Shown: one piece after another, positions 48,001 to 61,199 of the stretch | Layout of the letters: each line of letters starts with the position of its first letter | How positions within the stretch are numbered: the stretch's first letter is position 1 | From: Anthoceros angustus | Lineage: Eukaryota > Plantae > Anthocerotophyta | DNA: 64,000 nt | Direction: 5' to 3' | NCBI GenBank assembly: GCA_010909165.1 | Contig: MU008230.1 | Span: 55,769 to 119,768 of the forward strand | Position numbers and translations under genes: made by a program | Notes under the pieces: model-generated | What the model was told of the DNA's origin: nothing | The model's database searches: none | Seen by the model: only the letters and a program-made list of their open reading frames with translations

Positions 48001-49270
48001 GGTGCCTCCCCTCTGGGGTAGGCGGGGTGCCTCTCTAGGCACAAATGAGATGGTGGGGACTCCCCACCCTTGGGCATCACCCCTCCTGGTAGTCCTCCTC
48101 TCATAGACTACCATTCGGCCTTCCTCGGCGGTTCTGTTCCTCTCCTCCTTGCTCTGTGGGGAAAAGCTTCCCACTCGGCAACCTTGTTGCCTCTACATCC
48201 TCCTTGCTCCTAGCATGCTTGTGGAGGTCGACCTCCCAGTCTTCCTCAATGCAAAGGCAAGGGCCTTTCCAAGCTTGGCTGGAGATGAATTATCTCAAGG
48301 ATGCCAAGCATCTTCCAACTCCTTGCTTGTGAGAAGTCCCTCGTTTCCCACAAATGCACCAAATAGGTGCTAAGGTAGCAGGCCTTGGCCCTTCCTCATC
48401 CACAATTTGGCTTGAGGAGCTTCTCCGGTGGTGGATGTAGGCCTCATACATGATGGTGCCCCAATCCTTGGCTCCTCTGAAATCTTCCACAAAATTGGAG
48501 GAAGTTGGTGCTGAAATAAGAGTCCTTTGGTAATTTACCAACCACAATCTTTGCAAAGAGCCTCCACTTGACTCCTTGATGCTCTCTTCCAGCCATTCTT
48601 GGCATGGGCCTTCACTCCTCCGTCCATCATGTCGAGGAGCTCTTGCGGAATTTGGAGAGGCCGTCCTCTTCCTCCATTCGACCTCTCGAGGAGAGCAATT
48701 CGAGCTCTCCTCCTCCGGTCTCCATACACTGTCGAATGCTCCTTACGGTCCGGCGAGGATCCGTTCGAGCATTCCTCGGATCGGCAGGCTGCCTATTGAT
48801 GGAGATTGATGAAGCACTCCTCAATCAACTCCAAATTGGTGTAGGCCCATTGGCGGCCGCCACCCATCAATTGGATGTTATCCTCCTCGCCCATTCTTAG
48901 AAAATCAACCAAATCGCGGGGTTAAGTTGCAAAACAAGTGAATTGGGGCATCTCGACTTCACCCCCTCACGGCGGCGTGACCTGCCACCTTCTTTCCTTT
49001 CCCCACTCGCGAGGAGGAACCCTTGTGGGTTCCTTCCCTTGCCTTTCACTCGAGGCATTATCCAAATTGGCAATCTGGAGGCTTGCTCTCAAACGCTCCT
49101 TCTCCTCGAGTCCGTCAACAAACCCCTCCTGAGGCACAATTCCCACGTTAGGCTTGGTGACGCTCCTACACTGCTGCCAATTTTCCTTGCGATTTCTCTT
49201 TCCAGGGCAAGGCGCCGCCGATAGGTGGTCGTGGTGCAGCAGGCGCTCTTACCCGGACGGGGTGAAGCCA
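45050..49270 (-). mobile_element. Family B copy B2 (extra ORF remnant and 3' LTR ending at 45050), inserted in D3 gag
   Basis: Reverse-complement homology to 3863-7422; DWGTIMYEAYIH at about 48435-48466. Confidence 0.75.
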
Positions 49271-49289
49271 CTTCCGACCATAGCCGGAC

Positions 49290-52200
49290 GAGTGGTAAGA
49301 TCCGCCTAGAAGGTACCTATTTTATGAATATAAATACCGTCATTTAGAGATACTAATTATAAGATAATAATTATTAAATAGAAAATAGCTGATAAATAGG
49401 ATCATTGTCTAAATATAATAACTGATTAAACCAACTAGAAAAACCCCAACTAACACGGTACCAACAAACCCAACGTCTAACCTATGAAAACCAAGAACAA
49501 GTAGGTAGTTCTAGAGCGGGACTCGGGGTCTTCTTGGCGTGACCAAAAGCCCCGTCTACATAATGTACAAGAAACAAGTAAAGGTCCAATTTCCAAAGCC
49601 TCTCTCCGCGGTAGCATCTTGGTATCGAGCCTCGCCATCATGGGATCAAGGATCTTAGATCGGGCGGATCAAGCTAGGCTAAATCGTCGCGCATAGAGAC
49701 ATGTGTGGCGAGAATCCTTTGACACACATGAGCGAGACCAAAAGGACCAAACAAGGGAAAGATTCTAGAATTTGAGGTCATCAAAGCCTGCAATCATTCC
49801 ATTCAGGGTGAACTCGAGTACAATCTTCAGACCTTGTTGACCCGCGTTCGTAGTTGAAGGTACCACTGTGTGGTGAGAGAAATCCACACAAGGCGTGGCG
49901 GCAACTCCAAGGGAGTGATTACGAATCATTACGTAATCCGAAAGCAAAATGAGTGATCATGTCCACCTTTTGAGGTGGATCGCATGATCTCTAGTGGAAG
50001 CGATGAGGATCACCCCTTGAAGGGATTGGGGACCGGGTCCGTCCGGGGCGCCAACAGCCAACAATTCCGAGGCGGGCGACTCACCGACATCCATGCGTTG
50101 GGAAAAGAGCCCGTGGAGACGGAAGGGCGTAAAAGGCGGCGTCATGAACTCTTGAGGAGGCTTCACATCCAGCTAGGAGCGGAAGCCCAACAAGAGGACT
50201 TTGCAACCGAATTTCCAGCAAGGCCCGAGCTCGCGGTTGCACCGGTAGGATTACAACTCGAACCCGGTGCTATGGCGACCCGTAAACGGGTGGGACCAGC
50301 CAGCGGAACTCGACAACCCGCAAACACCGAAGCTCAAGATCGGTAGGAAGGAGTTGACCGAGGTTGCGATTTTGCGCTTTTGGAAGGAGAACCCAAGTGG
50401 TTGAACACACACCGTGAGGAGTTGCGGGCATCATTCTCGTGCCAAGGCCATGGAGAAGGTTGAGGAATCCATTGGCAAGCTTGAGATGCAAGTGGGGAGG
50501 CCGAGCCCGTTTGGAGGCGGTGGCGGGTGTGCTCCAGGCGGGCAGCCATCACCCTAGGCGCTCATCCCCACCACGCCAAGAAACTTCCAGCCCACCCAAG
50601 TTGCGATGGCACACAACACTCAACACCCCTTGCCACATTGAGGCCTTTGACTCACGAATCGATGGAAGGAGAAGGAGAGACACTCACCAACCAATCCAAG
50701 CGACCGTGAGTTGAGTGTTGAAGATGGGGAGCGAAACTTGTTGTGGAGCTCCAACTGGCGAGAAGGACAACAAAGAAATTCGAGGCCATGGTGCGGCGTG
50801 CTGACTCATGAGGTATGAGCACCGGGAACACCAGAGGGAGGTCGAGTGGAGAGGAGCAAGGAAGAGAAGAACATCACTTCAAACCCAAACCCCAACTCGA
50901 CAAGGAGCTACGCAAGATCAAGGCATGCCATTTGATGGAAGTACAAAGGATGCTCAAAGCGTACATGATTGGTTAGACAAACTTGACAAATACCTTGCTG
51001 CTTCTGACAAGGATGATCTGTCAAAGATCAATTTCTGCGTGATGTGTTTGGAAGGGTATGCCTATCGATGGTGGCGAGAGGAAAAGCAGGTTGATCTGGG
51101 CATGGAGTCCCCAATTTACTCCTGGCCAGTCTTCCGACAAGTTTTCCTTGAGCACTTCCTCCCAGTGAACCACCGTAAAGACTTGTATCAGCAATTCAGG
51201 AAGATATACCAACAAGGGACTGTGCATGAGTACTGTGACAAATTCCTTCAACTCACACTTGATATGCCCAGGCTGGACGAGGAGCAGAAGGTGGAAAATT
51301 TTATCGATGGGTGAAGTTTGAGTTAAGAGCGGATGTGAATCGAGACAAACCCGGAAACTCGTGGAGGCGATGAAGGCCGCCATGAACTATGGCACAAACA
51401 AATACAAGCATCTCTCTTAGCACCTTCCAAGCCTAAGTGGAACAAGTCATAGCGCCGGAGAAAAACCGGCGTTCAAAATTCTCACCGAGGCGGGCGGGAG
51501 GACAAGAAGGCAAGAAAGTGCTTCACTGCGGCGGCGATCACGGCTCCAAGTCCTGTCCCTTCCGTAAGGACTTCATTAGTTGGTTGAAGGAAGCAGGCAA
51601 GTCTACCAGAATAGCAACTCTGCGACCCCAAGAGTGGGAAGGCAATCTCCATCACGGAGGTTAGAGAACTGCTGTAGCATTCTATTTCCAGCCATGCATG
51701 CAAGTTGTGTTCACGCATGTCAACTTGCTCATGTCCCAATCAAGTTAGAGATCGGCCTATCGAGTCGCGCCATGGGTTGCTTGACTGGGCTAGCCACCAT
51801 TATGTGTCCAAGGCGGTGCGGAGGCGGGCTGCCAATCCAGAAACCGGTCCACGTTTGCCCTAGGTGAAAAGAAACCGATGAAAAACGTTGGGTGGAGAGC
51901 TTACCTTTCCGTGGCTTCAAGGAGGTCCTCAAGTTGACGGTGATGTCATCTCTTTGCCATGATCATAGGCAAGCCATGGTTAGCAAGTCATTCTAGCATG
52001 CTAGAAGTCAAAGACGGACAATGTTGTCGTCTCGCATGACAATCACACATATGTCATGCAAGGAGCAATACATCCGACAAGCAACATTGTCTCGCTCTCA
52101 ATAAAGCAAGCCCATGGCGATTCATATATAGCAAAGCTGAAAAAGTCGCCTTAGAAGGTACCCGAATCTAGGGCAGTGAGACTCATGAGGACCGCTACCA

Positions 52201-52480
52201 CGGTCCATGAAGGATTTACGCGAATACAAGGACGTGTTTGCAGCCACAGCCGCCTCCTAGAAGACATGGACCACTCCATCGAGCTCCCTGCCCACAAGCG
52301 GTTAACATCCACCCTCTGGGACATCCGCTTTCGAGAATGAAGAGATAAAAACAAGTTGATGAGTTCTTGCAAAGGGGTTTGTCACACCTTCGTGTCACCC
52401 TTTGGAGCTCCAGTTCTCTTGGTTGCGGCGGATGGAGGGTGGCGACTCTGCATCGACTACCGGGTCTCAACCGAGCAACA
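49290..52480 (+). mobile_element. Ty3/gypsy element G (chromovirus-like): LTR about 49290-49616, Met PBS 49620-49631, gag, RT start; 3' truncated
   Basis: gtagca-tct-tggtatc(a)gagcc; gag and SPFGAPVLLV...WRLCIDYR. Confidence 0.8.
50808..51314 (+). pseudogene. Retrotransposon gag domain of G
   Basis: FDGS...WLDKLDKY...LEGYAYRWW...SWPVFRQVFLEHF...QQGTVHEYCDKF. Confidence 0.88.
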
Positions 52481-52584
52481 TAATGTCTACCGGATGCCAG
52501 GATATTATTGTTGCTGTGTCTCATCTTCTCCTAGCATGAGGCAATATGTTAGCCAAGCTATGCAGATTAGCCGCCCGATCGGCA

Positions 52585-53730
52585 TCACAATACTTGAGTT
52601 AGTTGCAGCTTGCTTGGTCTTTGCTTATAGAGTAACCCCATCTTTGGTGTACCACCAAGATAGCGGATACATCTCTGAACTGCTTGCCAGTGCGCTGGTC
52701 CATAGTTGGAAAGGAACTGAGAGGTCACACCCACAGCGTGTGAGAGCTCAGGGCGTGTCCAGTTGCGGAAGTAGATGAGTACTCCCACTGCAGGCCGATA
52801 TGGTGTCTTTTCCATCTGAATGTGTTCTGATTCATTCTTTGGACATTGCTCTAATGTGAGCTTCTCACCCACTGCCATTGGTGTTGCAGCAGGTGTAGCA
52901 TTCTGCATTCTGAATCGTGAAAGGGTCTGGACAACTAACTGTGCCTGATGGATAAATATTGTATGCCTTCCCAGGTTTTGACGTATTTGAATACCTAGGA
53001 ACCAAGTCAGTTGACCTAAATCTGTCATAGAAAACTCTGAGGTGAGAATGTTCTTGACTTTGTTCATCTGCATTGGGTTGCTGGATATGATGACAGCGTC
53101 ATCGACATACAGTGCTAGGTAAGCTACTCCATTTTTATCATGCAACTTATAGACATTTGAATCGGCTGTGCTTTGGACGAAACCACACTTCTTTAAGTAG
53201 GTATCTATTCTTTTGTACCACTCACGTGGTGATTGCTTTAACCCATACAATGTTTTGATAAGACGACAAACCTTATTTGGATGCTTTGGGTCAACGTACC
53301 CTTCAGGCTGACGCATGTATATTGTTTCCTCCAGGTCGCCATTCAAGAAGGCGGTTTTGACGTCCATGTGTTGAAGAAGGTAGTCATGCTGGGCTGCTAT
53401 CGCCAGCAAGGTACGGATGGATGTAGCTCTGACTACTGGAGAGAATGTCTCTGAGTAGTCTAGTCCTTCAACTTGGCTGTAACCTTGAGCTACCAGCCGA
53501 GCTTTGTATCTTGCTATAGATCCATCAGCCGCTTTCTTCAACTTGAATACCCATTTGCATGTTACAGCTTTTCGTCCAGGTGGTAAGTCTTCAAGTACCC
53601 ATGTTTTGTTATCCATTATAGACTTGTATTCTGATTCGATTGCTTCATGCCACTTAGCTTTCTCAGGTGAGTTCATTGCCTCCTGGTAGGACTGTGGCTC
53701 ACCCATGTCGATTGGCATGTCTTCATGCAC
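52585..53730 (-). pseudogene. Copia K reverse transcriptase segment (381-aa open frame)
   Basis: CKWVFKLK...YKARLVAQG, MDVKTAFLNG, LYGLKQSPREWY, LYVDD. Confidence 0.95.
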
Positions 53731-53959
53731 TAGAAAGCTTTGGTATGAAAGTGGAGGAGTGGTCCATTCATACGGGGACGCAGTGTGATGTCTGGAACTA
53801 CGGCGAGGAGCTTCCTCTGATGCTGGTTCAGGTTCAGATTCAGATTCTGCGTCTTCCTCTTGTATTGTGGCTTCCGAAGGTGATACACTATTTGTCTCTT
53901 CATTTGGACTTTCAGTCTCCTCTTCGACTTCATCTTAAGGAGTAAGGGTTGCATCACTC

Positions 53960-55273
53960 TCACTGTCTGTATGGGAATCTATAGGAGCCACGGGGTATGA
54001 GGAAGCCAGTAGTGCTACTATGCGATGTGGTTGTGAACTCTCCATCTTCACTTGTATCCTCGGGTTCGTCAGGCTGGACATCTAACCTAGACTGGTTTAC
54101 TGAAGGAGTAAGTAGCATTTTTTCATTAAATACTACACTTCGGGCATGGATAGTTGTTCTAGTTTGTGGATCTAGCAGCTTATAGCCTTTTATTCCTTCA
54201 GTATACCCCACAAAGACGTACTTTCTTGCTTTATAATCTAACTTCACTCTTTGTTTCTCTGCAAGGTGAGCATATGCTGGGGAACCGAAGATTCGCAGGT
54301 GATTAATTCGCGGCTTGTGAGTAGTCCATCTCTCAAATGGTGTAGCTCCAGTAAAAGCTTTGGTAGGCAGTCGATTTCTGATATACGCTGCTGTTGCTAC
54401 AGCCTCACCCCAATAACCTCGTGTGAGGCCCGACACTTTAAGCATAGCCTTGGCTGCTGACTGAAGGTGTTTGTTGTTCAGCTCGGCCAAGGGATTCTGA
54501 GAAGAAGTATACGGTACAGTGAGCTGCCTATGTATTCCAAGTTCTTTGCAGTAATCCTGGAATGCGCCTGAAATAAATTCTCCACCATTGTCACTCCGCA
54601 GGGTCTTCAGCTGCTCTCCAGTTTGCCTCTGGGCAAAAGACACATACTCCTTGAAGCAGCCAAGTGTTTGGCTCTTATGCCTGAGAAGGTACACTACTAC
54701 ATACCTACTCCAATCGTCAATGAAGGAAAGAATGTATAGTGCACCTCCCAAGGTTGCAGTTGACATGGGACCACATAGGTCAGTATGAACAACTTCAAGT
54801 AGCTTCGTAGCTCTTGTTGGGTTGTCATCTGTGTATGGACTGCGTTGGTGCTTCCCAAACACGCATGCTTCACAGAACTGCTTCTCTGCAAACTGGAGCA
54901 TGAACTTCTCTCGGTAAAGTGAATTGCTGGCTATCATTGTCTTCATTTTGTCGAAGTTGGCATGGCCCAGCCGACAGTGCCATAGTATAGCTGCATCATT
55001 GTTCTTGGTCTCTTGACTGACGTGGACTTGTGCACGTGTAAGTGGGAGACCATGCTCAGAGTTAATGTTGAGTTGATATAAATCATGGAAAGGTTCTCCT
55101 ATAGCTAACACCTTGTTCTTGTTTGTAGGGTCAGTGACTTGACACTTGAGACCCGTGAAGGAGACATTCAGAGTGTGCTGTGTGGTCAGCTTACGAACTG
55201 ACACAAGATTCTTGACCATAGAAGGTACGTGCAACACATCTTCCAACACCAAGGTGGTGTTGTTACTCAACAT
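53960..55273 (-). pseudogene. Copia K GAG-pre-integrase and integrase segment (437-aa open frame)
   Basis: LWHCRLGH, CEACVFGK, HTDLCGP, FIDDWSR, LRSDNGGEF. Confidence 0.95.
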
Positions 55274-55453
55274 AACTGGTACTGACCCGATGCCCTCTAT
55301 GTGCAGGCCACTGTCATCACCAAGAAGAACAAATTGACCGGGTGGAACAGCCCTATACTCGATAAGGGCCTTGCAATAGCGAGATGTGGCGAGCCTTTTG
55401 AGTCTATAAACCCGAGCGTGTTTATTTGACCTTGATTGAGACCATGCATCTGA

Positions 55454-56355
55454 CTAAAATGGTGTTTCCCTTACGCTGTACGACATTTGATGCTGGTGTT
55501 GGTGCAGTTCGTCTTGGCTCGTCTGCCCTCTTTTTACGACAATCAGCTTCCCAATGGCCAGGTATGAGACACCAATTGCAGGGTCCCTTCTTTTTGGCTG
55601 ATTGTGCTTGTATGTGACTTTTATAACCCTGTTAGGATTTGGAGTCGGGGCCTTGGTGAAATCTTTTAGGACACATTGCATCTGATGCCCAGTTGAAGAT
55701 TCTCCTCGGGAGGTGCCACCTTGGTTCACAGTTCGGGTTGACTCTTCCTCGAGAAGAGCTCCAATTATATCCGCCAATGTAATATCGAGTTCTTGCTTTG
55801 GCTGAGCATTACGGGCTGCATAGCGAGAACTGCGGTTTAACCTGCGTCTGCTTGAGTGGGAGGAAGAGAGAGAAGGAGGGCAACTGCTGCCTGCATCTCC
55901 GTGGTCCTCGTCCCACTTGAGGTAAGCTTCGATCGTAACTGTCGAAACTTCACCACATGTTGATCCACTGGTTCATTCTCACGCATTTTACAAGTATAGA
56001 ACGCTCTTGTAGCTCCAACCAGCGATGAGCCGTTGCTTACTTGATATGTATGTGTGAGTGAGTCCCAAGCTTCTTTTGTATTCTCCACATCTTGTGTATG
56101 AGACATCATTGATCCATCCAATGCGGACTGGATCACTCCAAGTGCTCTCAGGTCCAGTTTCTCCCAAGCTTCGACTTGTGCATCGGTCACAGTGGGTCCA
56201 GTTGGTTTAGGTACGGTTCCCGTGACAACTCCCCACAGGCCATTCTCTTTTAGAATTGTCTGGACTCTAAGTGACCAAATATCAAACTGGGACCCTGAGA
56301 AGCGGTCCTTTTCCTTGAAATCTATCTTCAGGTTGGTAATAACTGGAGTGACCAT
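55454..56355 (-). pseudogene. Copia K gag (frameshifted) with zinc knuckle
   Basis: FSGSQFDIWSLRVQTILKENGLW; CNWCLIPGHWEADC at about 55540-55585. Confidence 0.9.
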
Positions 56356-57928
56356 GTTTACTATGATCTGATTTGCAAGGGTAGCTGCTACTAACTTCGG
56401 ACTTGCTTCGTTACATACTCTGTGCCTTCTGTGTGCTCATTTGAATCACGATCAAATTTGGATCTACTCTAGAAGTGCTACTACCTTGTGAAGATGAAGC
56501 AGCAAAGAGAGAGAGTGGATCTGAGAAGTCAGGTGAAGGTGAGTTGCCTCTTCTTCTACCGCGACTTTTGCCCCTTGGCATGTACAGTCTTACAAGGCTC
56601 CAGTGGTTTGTCAAGTGATCTTGGTTGCACGCTTGCTTGCGGAAGCATGCTGAATCATCTTCATGGCTGTGTCTTGCTCTTGTTCTTTGAGTGCGAGCAG
56701 TGCGTAGGATTTGAATCGGTCGTCAGGATATGAGCGTGGGCGTTAGCCTTGGTAAAATCCAGACTAGAATTCTTCAAGGAAATCTGCAGCAAATTCTTGA
56801 CGTGCGAAAGGGTCTAATGTGTGTACTAAGGCGTGGCAGTTGTTGGCCTTCAAACTCGGAGGATGGAGCCAAGGAGCCCTGGCCGAACTTGATACTGCAG
56901 GTGATTTGAGATCATCAACTCCTGCGATTGCATCCACTTACCTTGGTAATGTGTGCCTCAATCAGGACCAATTCTCCCGCCTTGACATGGAGTCATAACC
57001 TCAGCGGTAAAATGTGAAATCATAAGACCTTAGAGCGGCAAGCCCACAAGGCTCGCCTCTGCAATTCGAGAAGTGCTCAAGATTACGGATGTACTCATGC
57101 GACCTTGTGGTATTCTCATCTAAGGACGGCAAGAGGATCCCTCTGGTTTGGTCCGAGTTCTGCAAATTGGTCGAAAGTAAGTCGGCTCTTTATCCACACG
57201 TGGACTTGCTCTTATGCTCCGGCGCCCACTGTCGATCTATGTATGCGTGTTTAGGGGTTCCAAATTGAGGTACGTATGTTGCAAAAGAATTCCTCTTCCA
57301 TGAAGATATTTGGGGCAGCTATCATTTTTGTAAAGGCCCTCCATTTGTTGGGTCACACGACAGCCAGAAAGGGGCCTTCTGTGAGGCAAATCTGTGGTTT
57401 CTACCTCGCTCTTCTCTCGGCTTGATCCCTTGCGCGTCCGATCGTGGTAGTCTTCCCAGCCGGGCGCTTACTTCCTGCTAAGAGTCTCGTCATTGCTGTC
57501 GTCTGACCATCTCGCCAAATTGGGTGAAGATACCTCCTGCACGGGACCTTTGTCGATGAAATTCTTGACCGCTCAATAATTTCTAATACCAATTCAAACT
57601 TTTCTCTAAGATGTTCTCTAAGCTCGTGGTGGCGGCGCATCCTCCATTCACCTCGCTCTGATACCATATAAATCCGCTGGGATCGGCGAGGTGCTGCTTG
57701 AGTAAGCAAAGACAGATGTAGAATGATGATCTTTAGCACATGGCCGGTAGCCTTAAAAAGGACTGAGCGGTTGTATCTGTAGTGTGAAATGCACCAGCGA
57801 TTAGTTTGTGGGGTCGCCACGACCACTTTGTCTAATATCATCGCTAGGAGAGTCTACACAGGTTCCCATCTAAATATAGTTGGGGTACTATTTATTATCG
57901 CTTTGGATATATATAATTCTACTCAACA

Positions 57929-60900
57929 TCTGCGTGCCTGCTGCTGAGGGGTGCTCACTCTACTGTGGCTGCTCCCCACAGAGTCGGGCTTACCTACCAG
58001 AGGGTCAAGGCTGCTACCACCGTAGGTCGCCCACCCCTTGTAGACTGCACGGGGCCGGGACGGGGTGCCTCCCTGTAGGCATATTAAATGAGATGTGGGA
58101 CCTCCCCACCCTTGGGGCCACCCTCCCGTAGTAGTCCCTTCTCATAGATCTACCATTCGGCCTTCGGCGGTTCTCGCTTCTCCCTTGCTTGCTCCTGTGG
58201 GGGAAAAGATTCCCACTCCGGCTACCTTGTTGCCTCCGCATCTTCTCCCCTTGCTTCTAGCATGCTTGTGGAGGTTTGCCCTCCTACCGTCTTCCTCAAT
58301 GCAAAAGGCAAGGGCCTTTCCAAGCTTGGCTGGAGATGGATTATCTCCGAAGGATGCCAAGCATCTTCCAATTCCTTGCTGGTGAGAAGCCCTTCCGTTT
58401 CCCACAAATGCACCAAATAGGTGCTGAGGTAGCAAGGCCGGGGCCCTTCTTCATCCACTGAATTCGGCTTGAGGAGTTTCTCCCGGTGGTGGATGTACGC
58501 TTCATACATAATGGTTCCCCAATCCGGCTTGGCTCCCATGGAAATCTTCCACAAAAATTGGAGGAAGTTGGTGCTGAAATAAGAAGTTCGTTGGTAATTC
58601 ACCAACCCCACAATCTTTGAAGAGTCTCCACTTCACCTCTTGATGCTCTCTGTCTTCCGGCCATTCTTGGCGTGGGCCTCCTCCATCCATCATGTCAAGG
58701 AATTCTTGCGGAATATCGGAGAGGGATGTCCTCTTCCTCCATTTGACCTTCGAGAGAGCAATTCGAGCTCTCCTCCTCGGTCTCCGTGACACTGCGAATG
58801 CCTTACGGTCCAGCGGGATCCGTTCGAGCATTCCTCTAGCGGCAAGGGCCTGATTGATGGAGGTTGATGTAACACTCCTCAATCAACTCCAAATTGGTGT
58901 AGGCCCATTGGCGGCCATATACCCACCCCAACTGGATGTTGTCTTCTTCTGCCCACTGCCTGAAATCCACTAAATCTCGGGGGTTGAGCTGTCCTGCAAA
59001 ACACGTGAATTGGGGCATTACAAGCTCATTTCCCCCTGGCGGCGTAGCCTCTGCTGCTTTTTTCTTCTTGCCCCCTTGCGAGGAAGAACCCTTGGCAGGC
59101 GGCTCCTTCCCCTTGCTCTTCCTGCGGCATGGCACCTTCCTTACTTCCGATGAAGAGAATTACTTTCCAATTCCAAGCGTTGTGTGCTCCAAATCTTCAC
59201 TCCCAAGCACTCCCTTCCTTGTCACTGGGAGCAACACCCAACCTGAGGCACAAGTATGCGTTAGCCTGGTGCGAACCTTCCGGCACGCGCCCTTTCGCGA
59301 TTTCTCCTCCCGGGCAAGCGGCCGGGCAACTGGAGCTCCTTTTCCGCTTCCGACTTCAGCCTTCACGCCTTGATTGCTCACCGGGCCCTCCGTCGTCGGG
59401 CTGCTTCGAAGGCTTGGCGAGCTTCTCCACGATTGCCCGAGCACGGAGAAGACTCCCACGCCGTGTCTGTAGGATGTTTTCCTCCGCTCCGCCACGCTAT
59501 TAGGGCTTCCTTCCCTTCTTATTTCGGACCGCCTTCCTCTTGGGCGTAGATGCGGCGATGGCGGCTATTCTACACTTCTCCTCCTTTTCCTTCTCTTTGT
59601 GGTTACGCCCAGCTCGCCCCGCGAAGTGAAGTTGGCTCGATTCGAAGGGAAAGTTGGCGCTGCCCAAATTGCACTTTGCCCTCTTCGGATTGCTGCCACC
59701 TGGAGAGTTCCCAACCCTAGATCCGGTTCAACATCCTAAATGACCAAGCCTGCCTAAATTACCTACCTTCCTGCCCTATCCGCAACCTCAAATCAATTAC
59801 CTTCTAATTAATCCTATTGGTCTGCTTCCCTATTGGTGAGCATATATAGTGGATATTCCCCTTATATTCATTGCTTTTCCCTGGCCAAGATTCCGTCAGC
59901 CTACCGCGGTAGTCCGCCACCACCGCTGGTCGCTTTTCTCGACCTACGTGGTGCAGCCAGAGTCTCACACCTACCACCTTCGGACCGCCCTCCCGCCTGC
60001 CCTGGGGGTCATTTGACCCATTCTTCCTCGGGATATCCTTTTCAGCTCCCTAACCACATCCTACAACTCCAGCTTTAAGATTCTCAGAAGTTTTCCTGGC
60101 ATGCTCCTCTTTGATGGTTCTTAGCCAAAAAAAATCAAACTTGTTCGTCTTCGGGCTCTTTTGGGCTGGTTGCCCAAACTTTTATGTTCCACATACTCCC
60201 CACCTCACCTGTTTGCGTCCTCGCAAACAACATGTACCTCAATTTGAAGGTACTTCTAACCTTCCACCCATTTACTGGGTCGGCAATTCTCCATCCAATA
60301 CTGAAGTTGCAGCACTCCATTCTCGTACACCGCCACCTCATAAGGTCCCATCCATCTTAGCCTAAGCTTCCTGGAAAGTCTAGGTATCGACTATCATATA
60401 GAAGAACCAAATCATCACGATAGCCTCTGCTTCCTCAACCTCCCATCATGCCTTTTCCGAGTTCACTGAATCTGGTTTCTCTAAAGCATCCTCCCTACGT
60501 TCCTCTGCTCTGAACGATTCTAGTCCCTAGCTACCCCGACTCCTCTCTCGGTCATGCGTTCATCCTCCATGATCCCGAGGTGGTACTTCAAATTCCACGG
60601 CATCTGGTGACATGCATGAGATAATAAGGGTCTTCTTGGTGGTTACCTTTTCCGCGTCCTGTAAGCCCACGTGCCGAATGCAACCTTAGCATCCCAATCA
60701 TACATGTGTGTTATGTACCACCTTGGTGAGGATTGTGCATAACCCGTTCGTCTTCTCCGTCAATCCGTCGCCTTGGGGTTGTAGAGTCTTCGATGCCGAA
60801 TGTTGAAGTAGGTGGTTAGGGACTCAGCGTGAGTTGAGAAATGCGTCCCCCGGTCACTAACCAACTCTAAAGGACATCCGTACCTCGTTATGATGTTCTC

Positions 60901-61150
60901 GAATAAGAACTTTGCGTCAGCGTGCCCTCGTCGCCTCAGCCTCCACCATCTTCGTGCAATAATCCGTAGCTACCAAAATGTACTGCTTCCTCGTCCATTG
61001 CGTTGGCTTTGATCGTCCTACGAAATCGATTCCCCACTTCTAACGGTAACGGTAGATGTAGGTAAGAGGCCATTGTGTCGACAACGAGGGTCGTCCAACC
61101 CTCCTCGACACGCCACACACCGAGTGAACTCCCACACATCCTTTTGCGCC
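57929..61150 (-). mobile_element. Family B copy B3: Athila/Tat-type integrase remnant (about 60270-61150), spacer, extra ORF (about 59500-57929)
   Basis: KWGIDFVG...YILVATDYCTKMVEA; KLRLRWMGPYEV...VNG; MGAKPDWGTIMYE at about 58502-58540. Confidence 0.75.
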
Positions 61151-61199
61151 AGTTAGCCCTCCAGAGCACAAAGAAGAAGAAGTAGCCCGCCCGGGTTAA

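Larger units (their letters stand above)
52480..57928 (-). mobile_element. Ty1/copia element K: 5' LTR 57667-57928, PBS 57655-57666, 1.3-kb leader, gag-pol; truncated in RNase H; inserted in B3
   Basis: LTR starts TGTTGAG; TGGTATCAGAGC; best-preserved pol in the window. Confidence 0.88.
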
